Shown: piece after piece, positions 47,411 through 55,976 of the stretch
Position numbering within the stretch: the stretch's first letter is position 1
Layout of the letters: every line of letters begins with the position of its first letter
Assembly: GCA_965248835.1 (NCBI GenBank)
Contig: CBDFLJ010000001.1
Span: 1,472,001 to 1,536,000 of the forward strand
Direction: 5' to 3'
DNA from: Alphaproteobacteria bacterium
Lineage (GTDB): Bacteria; Pseudomonadota; Alphaproteobacteria; MPNO01
DNA length: 64,000 nt
Notes under the pieces: model-generated
The model's database searches: none
Told to the model about the DNA's origin: nothing
Seen by the model: the letters and a program-made list of their open reading frames with translations, nothing else
Translations under genes and position numbers: made by a program

Positions 47411-47430
47411 ACCCGGCACCCGTGGTCGGG

Positions 47431-49164
47431 TCAGTCGCGAGTGGCGGTGCCGTCGGGCAGGATGCGAACGCCGTAGTTGCTGAGCGCGCTCTCGCCGGAG
47501 ATGTAGCCGTGGCTGACGTCGCGCGCCACCGCCGCCGGCGGGCGCTCCAGCGGCACGCCGTAGCCGCCGCCGCCGCCGGCCTCGACGCACACGGCGTCGC
47601 CGGGCTCGAGCGGGACGGCGTCAGCCTTGTAATACGTCTCCGGTTCCGTGCCGGCCGCGCGCATCACCGAAACCCGGCCCGATTTCCCGTCTCTGCCGCC
47701 GAGAACGCCCCACGGCGGGCAGCCGATGCGGTCGAAGTTGACCCACAGCCTGCACGGCGCCAGCACGCGGTAGCGCTTGCGAAAACCCAGCCCGCCGCGC
47801 CACTTGCCCGCGCCGCCGGAATCCTCGCGCAGCGCGAGCTCCTCGTAGCGGAACGGGTACATCGATTCCTGAAGCTCCATCGGGATGATCCGCGAATCGC
47901 CGTGCGCCATGGTGCGGAACGGGCCGGAGCCGTCATGGGTCGCGCACGCACCCCAGCCGCCGTGGGCGGAATCGTAGCAGTCGAACCAGCTCCCGTCGGT
48001 GCGGTGACCGTAGATCCGAACCGAGGAATAGGTGCCGAAATGTGCACCCGTGACGGTCTCGGGAAGCGCCGGCGCCAGCGCCTTGATCAGCGTGTCGATG
48101 ATGGTCGGGAACGGGAACCCGTAATGACCCATCGGTGCCGTCGGCCGGGCGCTGACCAGCGTCCCGTCGGGCAGGATCAGCTTGAGCGGCCGGAAGGTCC
48201 CCTCGTTCGCCGGCTCGCCGCGGGCGATGAGGTACATGAACGCGACGCGGGCGGTGGTCACGCCGCCGCCGTGGCGCCCCGAATTGATCCGGCCCTCGAC
48301 CTGTTCGGGCATCTCGGAATAATCGACCGTCATCACCGAGCCCTCGACCACGACCCGGACCTTGATCGGGATGCGCTGTTCGCGCATGCCGTCGTTGTCG
48401 AGGAAGGACTCCGCTTCGTAGACGCCGTCCGGAATCGCCTCGATCCGCTTGCGGCTCGCCGCCTCGCACTGGTCAAGGATGATCTCAAGGGCCGCCCACC
48501 AGGTCTCCAGCCCGGCCTTCTCGGCCAACCCCCTGGTGAGGTCGCGCCCCATAAGGCAGCCGCCGAGCTGCGCCTCGATGTCGCCCAACAGCTCGGTCGG
48601 GAAACGGGTATTGCATTCGATGATGCGATAGACCTCCTCGATCGGCTCTCCGCGCGAATGGATCTTTACCGAGCGGTACTGAATGCCTTCCGCGAAGATG
48701 TCGCTCGCCCGGTAGGTGCCGACCTCGCCGCCGATGTCGATCCAGTGGCAGTTGATGGCGAAGAAGCCGATCAGCTCCTCTGCCGCACCGGCAAAGACCG
48801 GCGTGTACATGACGGTGTTGTTGAGATGCTGGCCCTGGACGGCGGCGTGGTTGCACAGAACGACGTCGCCCGGATGGAACCGCGCCTTGCCGTAGACCTG
48901 GAGCCCGTCGCGCACCGCGGCGCCCACCGCGTCGGCGACGAAGACCGGCATGCCGCCGTTGCATTGGGCGATCAGCCGACCGTCCGCGTCGGTCATGCCA
49001 ACCGCGTAGTCCTTGTACTCGTATATGTAGGGGCTGAAGGCGGTGCGGGTGATGTTGGCATCGATCTGGTCGTTGATCGAGATGATGCCGTGGCGGATGA
49101 CCTCCAAGGTGATCGGATCGACCGCACGGTTCTGCGTCGGGCCTGTGGTCTGCCTGGTCGCCAT
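47431..49164 (-). CDS. Hydantoinase B/oxoprolinase family subunit
   Basis: VDPITLEVI, RTAFS, KDY, HLNN, HWIDIGG, IPDGVYE, GGAGKWRGG, GGGGGYG; ATG 49164. Confidence 0.92.
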   Translation of the reverse strand: MATRQTTGPTQNRAVDPITLEVIRHGIISINDQIDANITRTAFSPYIYEYKDYAVGMTDADGRLIAQCNGGMPVFVADAVGAAVRDGLQVYGKARFHPGDVVLCNHAAVQGQHLNNTVMYTPVFAGAAEELIGFFAINCHWIDIGGEVGTYRASDIFAEGIQYRSVKIHSRGEPIEEVYRIIECNTRFPTELLGDIEAQLGGCLMGRDLTRGLAEKAGLETWWAALEIILDQCEAASRKRIEAIPDGVYEAESFLDNDGMREQRIPIKVRVVVEGSVMTVDYSEMPEQVEGRINSGRHGGGVTTARVAFMYLIARGEPANEGTFRPLKLILPDGTLVSARPTAPMGHYGFPFPTIIDTLIKALAPALPETVTGAHFGTYSSVRIYGHRTDGSWFDCYDSAHGGWGACATHDGSGPFRTMAHGDSRIIPMELQESMYPFRYEELALREDSGGAGKWRGGLGFRKRYRVLAPCRLWVNFDRIGCPPWGVLGGRDGKSGRVSVMRAAGTEPETYYKADAVPLEPGDAVCVEAGGGGGYGVPLERPPAAVARDVSHGYISGESALSNYGVRILPDGTATRD

Positions 49165-49169
49165 GTTGC

Positions 49170-51218
49170 CTACCCCGCCCCGCAGGTGATGCGGATCTCG
49201 TGGAACGGACCGATCTCGAAGCTGTCGCCGGGCCAGACCGCGGTGGTCGCGCCGTATTCCTCGATGATCGCCGGTCCGGCGCCGCGGAAGCCGGAGGCCA
49301 GATCGTAGCGGTCGAAGATCGCGGTCTCGACCCACCCGGCCTCGCGCGAGAACAGAACCGGGCGGGTGCGCCGGCCGCCGCCGCCCGCGGCGCGATGGAG
49401 CCCGGCGAGCTGCGGCCGTCGCAGCCGCGCGAAGGCCGAAAGGTGAAGCGCCTGGATCTCTGCGGCGGCACGCCGGTCGGCATGGCCGTAGCGGCGCTCA
49501 TAATCACGGTCGAAGGTCGCGCGGATGGCGTCCGGCCCGTCGAGCCCGGGCAGCGGCACCTTGATGTTGTGGCGCTGGCCGCGATATCGCATCTCGGCCG
49601 CGCGCTCGAAATAGATTTCCGTCACGCCGACCTCCTCGCGCAGGACCATCCCGGCGTCGCGCTCCATCTGTTCGAACAGCCCGGCCATCCCCGCGACCGT
49701 CGTGTGTTCGAGCGCGCCGGTGAAGGTCCGCGCGATGTCCATGCGCGCATCGGCCAGCATCATGCCGGTGGCCGAGAAATTTCCGGGCTCCGGCGGGATG
49801 ATCACCGTCGGGATCGACAATTCGCGGGCAAGGGCTGCGGCATGCAGCGGCCCGGCGCCGCCGTAGCTGAACAGGACGAAGTCACGCGGGTCGCGGCCGT
49901 GCTCGACGGTCTGGCGGCGTATGGCGCCGGCCATCACCACGGTCGCGATCGAAAGGATGCCCTCGGCAAGCGCGACCGCGCCGTCTTCGCCGGCAAAGCC
50001 CAGCCGGCCGGCGATGCCTTCCAGAAGCGCGGCTCGGGCGGCCTCGGCATCGAGCAGCAGCTCGCCGCCGAGGAACCGGTCCGGCGCCAGGCGGCCCAAC
50101 AACAGGTTGGCATCGGTTACCGTCGGCTCGGTGCCGCCGCCGCCGTAGCAGACCGGGCCCGGGTTGGAGCCGGCCGAGCGCGGGCCGACATGCAGCCGCG
50201 CCTGGTCGTCGAGCCAGGCGATCGAGCCGCCGCCCGAGCCCACCTCGATGATGTCGATCACCGGTGCCTTGATCGGGAAGCCTTGAACGTATCCGCCGGC
50301 GTAATAGGTCGAGTTCACCGCGTAGCGGCCGGCCTCGACGAGGGCGCACTTGGCCGTCGTGCCCCCCATGTCGAACGCGATAACGTTGTCCAGGCCGAGC
50401 GAATCGGCGTAGGCGGCGGTGCCGATGCAGCCGCCGATCGGGCCCGACTCGACCAAGGCGATGGGCTCGCGGCGGGCGCGCTCGGCCGACAGCACGCCGC
50501 CGTTCGAGCCCATCATGAACAGCGGTCCGGAGAACCCGCCCCCGCGCAGCTCGTCCTCGAGCCGGCCCAGATAGCCCGAGACCTGAGGGCCGACATAGGC
50601 GTTGGCCGCCGCCGTCGCGGTGCGCTCGTATTCGTACCACTCCCGGCACAGCGCCGCGCCGGAGCAGACATAAATGTCCGGCAGAAGCCCGCGCAGCACG
50701 GCGACCGCGCGCTCCTCGTGGACCGGGTTGGCGTAGGCATTGAGGAACGAGACCGCGACCGCCTCGACGTCCTGTCGGGCCATCGCCTCGGCGGTTGCGG
50801 CGAGCTCGTCCTCGGCCAACGGTAAGACGATCTCGCCTCCGGTCCCGATGCGCTCGGTGACCTCGAAACGCCTGTCGCGCGGAATCAGAGGCGCATCGCG
50901 CCGATAGTAGAGGTCGAACGGGTCCGGCCGGTTGCCGCGCGCGATCTCCAGCACGTCGCGGAAGCCCCGCGTGGTGACCAGCGCGGCGCGGCTTCCCCGG
51001 CGCTGGATGAGCGCATTGATGACCAGTGTGGTGCCGTGGTTGACCAGGCTCGCCTCCGCCGATGCGATGCCGGCCTTGGCGAGGCAGGCGAGGATGCCGT
51101 CGACGAAATTCCCGTAGGTCGTCGCGCTCTTGGCGTAGAGCACGTTCGCGGTCTCGCGGTCGAGGGCGACCAGATCGGTGAACGTCCCTCCGATGTCGAT
51201 GGCGAGCGCATAGCGCAT
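49170..51218 (-). CDS. Hydantoinase A/oxoprolinase family subunit (ASKHA ATPase)
   Basis: IDIGGTFTD, HGTT, ESGP, DMGGTT, GSGGGS, SAGSNPGPVCY, YGGAGPLH; ATG 51218. Confidence 0.93.
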   Translation of the reverse strand: MRYALAIDIGGTFTDLVALDRETANVLYAKSATTYGNFVDGILACLAKAGIASAEASLVNHGTTLVINALIQRRGSRAALVTTRGFRDVLEIARGNRPDPFDLYYRRDAPLIPRDRRFEVTERIGTGGEIVLPLAEDELAATAEAMARQDVEAVAVSFLNAYANPVHEERAVAVLRGLLPDIYVCSGAALCREWYEYERTATAAANAYVGPQVSGYLGRLEDELRGGGFSGPLFMMGSNGGVLSAERARREPIALVESGPIGGCIGTAAYADSLGLDNVIAFDMGGTTAKCALVEAGRYAVNSTYYAGGYVQGFPIKAPVIDIIEVGSGGGSIAWLDDQARLHVGPRSAGSNPGPVCYGGGGTEPTVTDANLLLGRLAPDRFLGGELLLDAEAARAALLEGIAGRLGFAGEDGAVALAEGILSIATVVMAGAIRRQTVEHGRDPRDFVLFSYGGAGPLHAAALARELSIPTVIIPPEPGNFSATGMMLADARMDIARTFTGALEHTTVAGMAGLFEQMERDAGMVLREEVGVTEIYFERAAEMRYRGQRHNIKVPLPGLDGPDAIRATFDRDYERRYGHADRRAAAEIQALHLSAFARLRRPQLAGLHRAAGGGGRRTRPVLFSREAGWVETAIFDRYDLASGFRGAGPAIIEEYGATTAVWPGDSFEIGPFHEIRITCGAG

Positions 51219-51333
51219 CCGGCGAATTCCAGTCTCCGTACTGCCGGGCGATGTTAGTGGACGCGTGCAGGGCGTTCTAGCGCCGCGCTGCGGCCCGCCG
51301 TTATGATCGAGTCCGGCACGGTGCGCAGGAGCT

Positions 51334-53115
51334 ATGGGACGGCCGATGGCAAACGGGAAGCATGCAACGGGCCGGTTGACCGATCCGGTGGTTACCGAAC
51401 TGGTCCGCAACGGGGTCATGGCGGTGACCGAGGAGATGAAGACCAATCTCACGCGCACCGCCTACAACATGATCATCTACGAGGCGCTCGACTTCACCGT
51501 CGGGCTGTTCACCGCAGACGGCGAGACCGTCTCGATCGGGCTCGGCCTGCCGATGTTCATCCGCGGCATGGCCGCGACCTTGAAGGCCAAGCTGGAGCAT
51601 TTCGGACCCGACGGAATCGAGCCCGGCGACATCCTGGTCACCAACGATGCCTACATCACCGGAAGCCATCTCAACCACGTCACCCTGAGCCAGCCGATCT
51701 TCCACGGCGGCAAGCTGGTCGCGTTCGCCTGCTGCATGGCGCATTGGCTGGATATCGGCGGGGTGCTCGGCGGGATTACCACCGACATCTATTCGGAGGG
51801 GCTGCAGATCCCGGTCCTGAAGCTTCAGAAGGCCGGCAGGATCAACCAGGACCTCGTGGACGTGATCAAGATGAACGTCCACATCCCCGACCGGGCGATG
51901 GGCGATCTGCGGGCACAGCTCACCGCGGTGAAGACCGGCGAGCGGCGCTTCACCGAGCTGCTCGACCGCTACGGTTGCGACGAGGTCCTGGCGGCGATCG
52001 CCGACATCATGGACCATTCCGAGCAGGCGGCGCGGGCGCGCACCGCCTCGATCCCCGACGGCGTCTACGAGGCCGAATCCTTCATGGACGATGACGGCAT
52101 CGACATCGGCAAGCCCATCCCGATCCGGGTCCGGGTGAGCGTCCAGGGCGAGGCGATGACCGTCGACCTGTCGGAGATTTCCGCGCAGGTGCGCGGCTTC
52201 TATAACTCCGGCATCACCACCGGGCATGCCTGCGCGCAGGTCGCCTACAAGTGCATCACCTCGCCCACCGACTACCCGATCAACGACGGCAGCCTGCGCC
52301 CGCTGAAGGTGGTCGTCCCGCCGGGCCGGGTGGTCAGCGCGACCAAGCCGGCGCCCATGCGGGTCTGGATGACGATCCCCATGACGGTCATCGACACCGT
52401 CTTCAAGGCGCTTGCACCGGCGATCCCCGACCGGGTGATCGCCGGCCATCACGCCGATCTCGGAGTCGCCGGCTTCCACGGCATCGCGCCGAAGGAACGG
52501 CGCCTGTTCATCGGCTCGAGCGGGCCGCTCGGCGGCGGCTGGGGGGCCAAGCACAACCAGGACGGCGTCTCCGCCACCGTCTGTCTGAACGACGGCGATA
52601 CCCACAACACGCCGGTCGAGCTGACCGAGAACCGCTACCCGATGATGATCGACCGCCACGGCCTGGTCCCCGATTCCTGCGGCGCCGGACGCCAGCGTGG
52701 CGGGCTCGGCATCGAGTACGCGGTCACCGCCCTGTCGCCGTTCAACCTGACGACCCGCACCGAGCGCGCGCATTGCAGGCCCTGGGGTCTGCATGGCGGG
52801 CTCGAAGCCTCGGGCAACGACGTCGCGCTGCGGCTCGACGGGGCGTGGAAGGACGATCTCGCCAACGCCAAGGTGCTGGCGGTGAACCTGCAGGAGGGCG
52901 ACGGCTATCGCCTGCGCTCGGGCGGCGGCGGCGGGTTCGGCGCGCCGCACGACCGGCCGGCCGAGGCGGTGCTGGAGGACGTCCGGCAAGGCTATGTCTC
53001 GCTCGCCGCCGCAGGCGAGCTCTACGGCGTGGTCATCGATCCGGCACGGATGGAGGTCGACGCCGCTGCGACCGAGCGCGCCCGGGCGGTCCCCGGCACG
53101 CCGCCCGACCGCTAG
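51334..53115 (+). CDS. Second hydantoinase B/oxoprolinase family subunit
   Basis: DPVVTELV, RTAY, LDF, HLNH, HWLDIGG, IPDGVYEAES, CGAGRQRGG, GGGGGFG; start 51334 or 51346. Confidence 0.92.
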   Translation: MGRPMANGKHATGRLTDPVVTELVRNGVMAVTEEMKTNLTRTAYNMIIYEALDFTVGLFTADGETVSIGLGLPMFIRGMAATLKAKLEHFGPDGIEPGDILVTNDAYITGSHLNHVTLSQPIFHGGKLVAFACCMAHWLDIGGVLGGITTDIYSEGLQIPVLKLQKAGRINQDLVDVIKMNVHIPDRAMGDLRAQLTAVKTGERRFTELLDRYGCDEVLAAIADIMDHSEQAARARTASIPDGVYEAESFMDDDGIDIGKPIPIRVRVSVQGEAMTVDLSEISAQVRGFYNSGITTGHACAQVAYKCITSPTDYPINDGSLRPLKVVVPPGRVVSATKPAPMRVWMTIPMTVIDTVFKALAPAIPDRVIAGHHADLGVAGFHGIAPKERRLFIGSSGPLGGGWGAKHNQDGVSATVCLNDGDTHNTPVELTENRYPMMIDRHGLVPDSCGAGRQRGGLGIEYAVTALSPFNLTTRTERAHCRPWGLHGGLEASGNDVALRLDGAWKDDLANAKVLAVNLQEGDGYRLRSGGGGGFGAPHDRPAEAVLEDVRQGYVSLAAAGELYGVVIDPARMEVDAAATERARAVPGTPPDR

Positions 53116-55103
53116 CAATCGTCGCGGCGGAAGACGAAGTTGGTGTACTCGTCGACATCGAGCCGCCAGCCCGGCGCGACGGCATAGGACGTATCGGGTC
53201 CGTCGACCATCGCCGGTCCGCCGACCGACTGGCCCGGCAGCAGCGTTGCGCGCGCGTAGACCGGGGTGCGCAGCCGCCCCGCGGCGGCCCAACGTATGGG
53301 CCGCCTGCCCTGCGGCCGCGGCGCTTTGCGGGCCCGTGTCGTGGCCTTGACCGGGACCCAGTGCGAGACCTCGCACTCGGCCGACAGGCGGATGGCGTGG
53401 ATCCGGCCCCGCTCGCCCGCCGCCTCAGCGGCCTTGGAAACGGTCCCCGTCTTGCCGCGAACCGGCAGGGTGCGCAGTTTCTTGCCCACCGCGATATCGA
53501 CCTCGGCGATGGACTTGATCTCGCTCGCGGCGAAACCCTCGCTGCGCATGTCGGCCTCGGCCTGTTCGCGAAACGCGGCGAGGACCGCGTCGGCCTCGGC
53601 GATGCGGCTGGCCGCGATGCCGAGCGTCCGCGCATAGGCGTGGCGCACGTTGGTCGTGCTCGAGCCGAAGGCGCTGAACACCGAGCCGTAGGGAAAGGCG
53701 TAGACCTTGTCGACGCCGAGCTGGTCGGCCACCGCGCAGGCGTGCAGCGGCCCGCTGCCGCCGAACGAGAACAGCGTGAACCCCGCCGGGTCGCGGCCTG
53801 CCGCCTCCAGCCGGGTGCGGATCTCGTTGGCCATCTGGCGGTCGACCGCCTCGCGGACGGCAAGCGCCGCGTCCTCGCTGCCGATGCCCAGCGGGCGCGC
53901 GATGCGCCGGTCCATGGCGCGCTCGGCCAGCGCGGTCTCCAACCGCATGCGCCCGCCGAGGAAGCCCTCCGGATCGATATAGCCGAGCAGCAGGTTCGCG
54001 TCGGTCACGGTCGGCTCCATGCCGCCCTTGGCATAGCACGCCGGCCCGGGCGCCGCGCCGGCGCTTTCCGGCCCGACCCGCAACCGGCTGCCGGTGACCG
54101 TGGCGATGCTGCCGCCCCCGGCACCCAGGGATTCGACCTCGATCATCGGGGTGGCCAGCGGAATCCCCTCGATCCTCGGCGCCGTGCTGAGTGAGGCAGC
54201 CGCGTTCTCGATTACCGCGATGTCGAGGCTGGTGCCGCCCATGTCGGTGGTCACCACCCGGTCGAGCTTGAGCCGGCCGGCGAGATAGGCCGCACCGCGC
54301 GTGGCCACCGCCGGACCGGAATGCAGCGTGTTCAGAGCCACCGTCTTCGCGACCCGCGCATTGCCCCCGCTCGCGTGCACGACCAGCAGCGGGCGGTCGT
54401 AGCCGGCTTCGCGCAGCTTGTCCTCGGCACGGTAGAGCGTGCGCGCCATCGTCGCGTGGATATAGGCGTTCAGCACCAGCGAATTGGTCCGGCCGTGGTC
54501 GTCGGCGACGTGGATCACCTCGGTGCCGATCTGCAGCGGGACCGAGCGCAGGTAATGGATCGGATAGCGCTCCCGGATCAGGTCGCGGGCCGCAATCTCG
54601 TTCGCGGCGTTGCGCCAGGCGTTGCGGAAGCTGATGCCGATCATTCGCACGCCCTCGGCGAGGAGGTGCCGGACGGCTTCGCGCAGCCGGTCGGCATCGA
54701 CCGGCTTGCGCAGGCGGCCGCGGTCGTCGACCGTCTCCTCGACCCCCACCACCAGGTCGGCGGCGACAAACCGGTCGAGGATCCCGGCCCTCGGGGCCTT
54801 GCCGTAGAGCGTGGACTCGCAGCCCGCGGTGACGATCAGCCCGAGCCGCGGCCCGGCGCGCTGGACCAGGAGGTTGGTGCCCACCGTGGTCGAGACCCGC
54901 GCGACATCGGTGCGCCGCAGGAAGGATTCGAGGTCCATCGCGAAGGCCCGGCTGCCCGCCTCGACGCAGCTCATGAAGCATTCGGTGATGTCGTGCGGCG
55001 TGGTCAGGACTTTTTCGGTCTTGACCCGGGTTCCATCGCAGAAGAACCCGTCGGTGAACGTTCCCCCGATATCGATATCGATGCTGTACACTCCGGACCT
55101 CAC
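53112..55103 (-). CDS. Acetophenone carboxylase ApcA-like hydantoinase-A-type subunit
   Basis: YSIDIDIGGTFTD, KVLTTPHD, HSGP, DMGGTS, GAGGGS, GPACY; N-terminus resembles recalled Aromatoleum ApcA (DID.GGT.TD, TTPHD, LYG). Confidence 0.8.
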   Translation of the reverse strand: MRSGVYSIDIDIGGTFTDGFFCDGTRVKTEKVLTTPHDITECFMSCVEAGSRAFAMDLESFLRRTDVARVSTTVGTNLLVQRAGPRLGLIVTAGCESTLYGKAPRAGILDRFVAADLVVGVEETVDDRGRLRKPVDADRLREAVRHLLAEGVRMIGISFRNAWRNAANEIAARDLIRERYPIHYLRSVPLQIGTEVIHVADDHGRTNSLVLNAYIHATMARTLYRAEDKLREAGYDRPLLVVHASGGNARVAKTVALNTLHSGPAVATRGAAYLAGRLKLDRVVTTDMGGTSLDIAVIENAAASLSTAPRIEGIPLATPMIEVESLGAGGGSIATVTGSRLRVGPESAGAAPGPACYAKGGMEPTVTDANLLLGYIDPEGFLGGRMRLETALAERAMDRRIARPLGIGSEDAALAVREAVDRQMANEIRTRLEAAGRDPAGFTLFSFGGSGPLHACAVADQLGVDKVYAFPYGSVFSAFGSSTTNVRHAYARTLGIAASRIAEADAVLAAFREQAEADMRSEGFAASEIKSIAEVDIAVGKKLRTLPVRGKTGTVSKAAEAAGERGRIHAIRLSAECEVSHWVPVKATTRARKAPRPQGRRPIRWAAAGRLRTPVYARATLLPGQSVGGPAMVDGPDTSYAVAPGWRLDVDEYTNFVFRRDDC

Positions 55104-55106
55104 CCC

Positions 55107-55976
55107 TTATCCGACGACAATGTTGCGCACGCGCAGGATGGTCTCCGCCGCGGTCTCCGCCGGGATCTCCCACGCCGAAAGGAACAGCCGCACCGTATCG
55201 GGCAGCCCGCGTTTCCAATCCGCGCCGAAATCGCCGTCTGCGGCAAACGCCCCGAGCGGAATGGCCGCGACCAACCCGTCGGCATCGCCCGGACCGACCG
55301 CCCAGCGCGCACCGGCGCCGCGCGCGGCTTCGCCGGCCTGCGCGGACAGCGCGGTGCGCGAAAGATAGAGCACCGGGACCTGGTAGTAGGCCGCCAGATT
55401 GAAAGCCGCATCGAATTGGCCGAATAGCGCCGGTTCGGGCGGCTCGTCTTCCAAGAGCATGATCGCCGCCACGCCGGCGCCGCACAGCAGGTCGACCATT
55501 TTCGACGAAAGCTGGGCGGCTGCCGCAACCGGCGCGTGTCCGCGCGCGGTGCCGTAGAGCCGTTTCAGCAGCGTCGCCGGCGCGGTCATCGTGCCGACCA
55601 CCGAGACGCCGTCGGCCATCTCTTCGCGCGCCCGCCTGGTCAGCGCCGCGGTCACCGCCACGGGCGTTGCATCGATGACCGCTGCCGGATCGACCGGCGC
55701 GGTGAGCGGGTCGGCAGGCCGGCTCACGCTCCCGTCCCCGGCCCGCGCCAGCGTTCGGCCGGCGGCCTCGGCCTCGGCCCATGTATCGAAGGCCACAGCG
55801 ATCGCATCGGCCTGCAGCACCTCTTGCGCCGAACGCAGGCTGAAGCTCGCCAGGGCCGGATCGGCCATGAACGCGGCATGGTCGAGCTGCTCCAGCCGCA
55901 AGACGACGCCGAGCCCCAGCGGGGCGAATAGCGGCGTCGGGGCACCCTCGAGTCGGCGGTCGAGCGGCGTTGCCAT
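55107..55976 (-). CDS. Putative ApcE-like accessory subunit (URO-D/MtaA-like barrel, 289 aa)
   Basis: TGATG coupling with the ApcD-like gene; size near ApcE; DTWAEAEA, GTMTAPATL and C-terminal WEIPAET recall URO-D-type folds. Confidence 0.6.
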   Translation of the reverse strand: MATPLDRRLEGAPTPLFAPLGLGVVLRLEQLDHAAFMADPALASFSLRSAQEVLQADAIAVAFDTWAEAEAAGRTLARAGDGSVSRPADPLTAPVDPAAVIDATPVAVTAALTRRAREEMADGVSVVGTMTAPATLLKRLYGTARGHAPVAAAAQLSSKMVDLLCGAGVAAIMLLEDEPPEPALFGQFDAAFNLAAYYQVPVLYLSRTALSAQAGEAARGAGARWAVGPGDADGLVAAIPLGAFAADGDFGADWKRGLPDTVRLFLSAWEIPAETAAETILRVRNIVVG

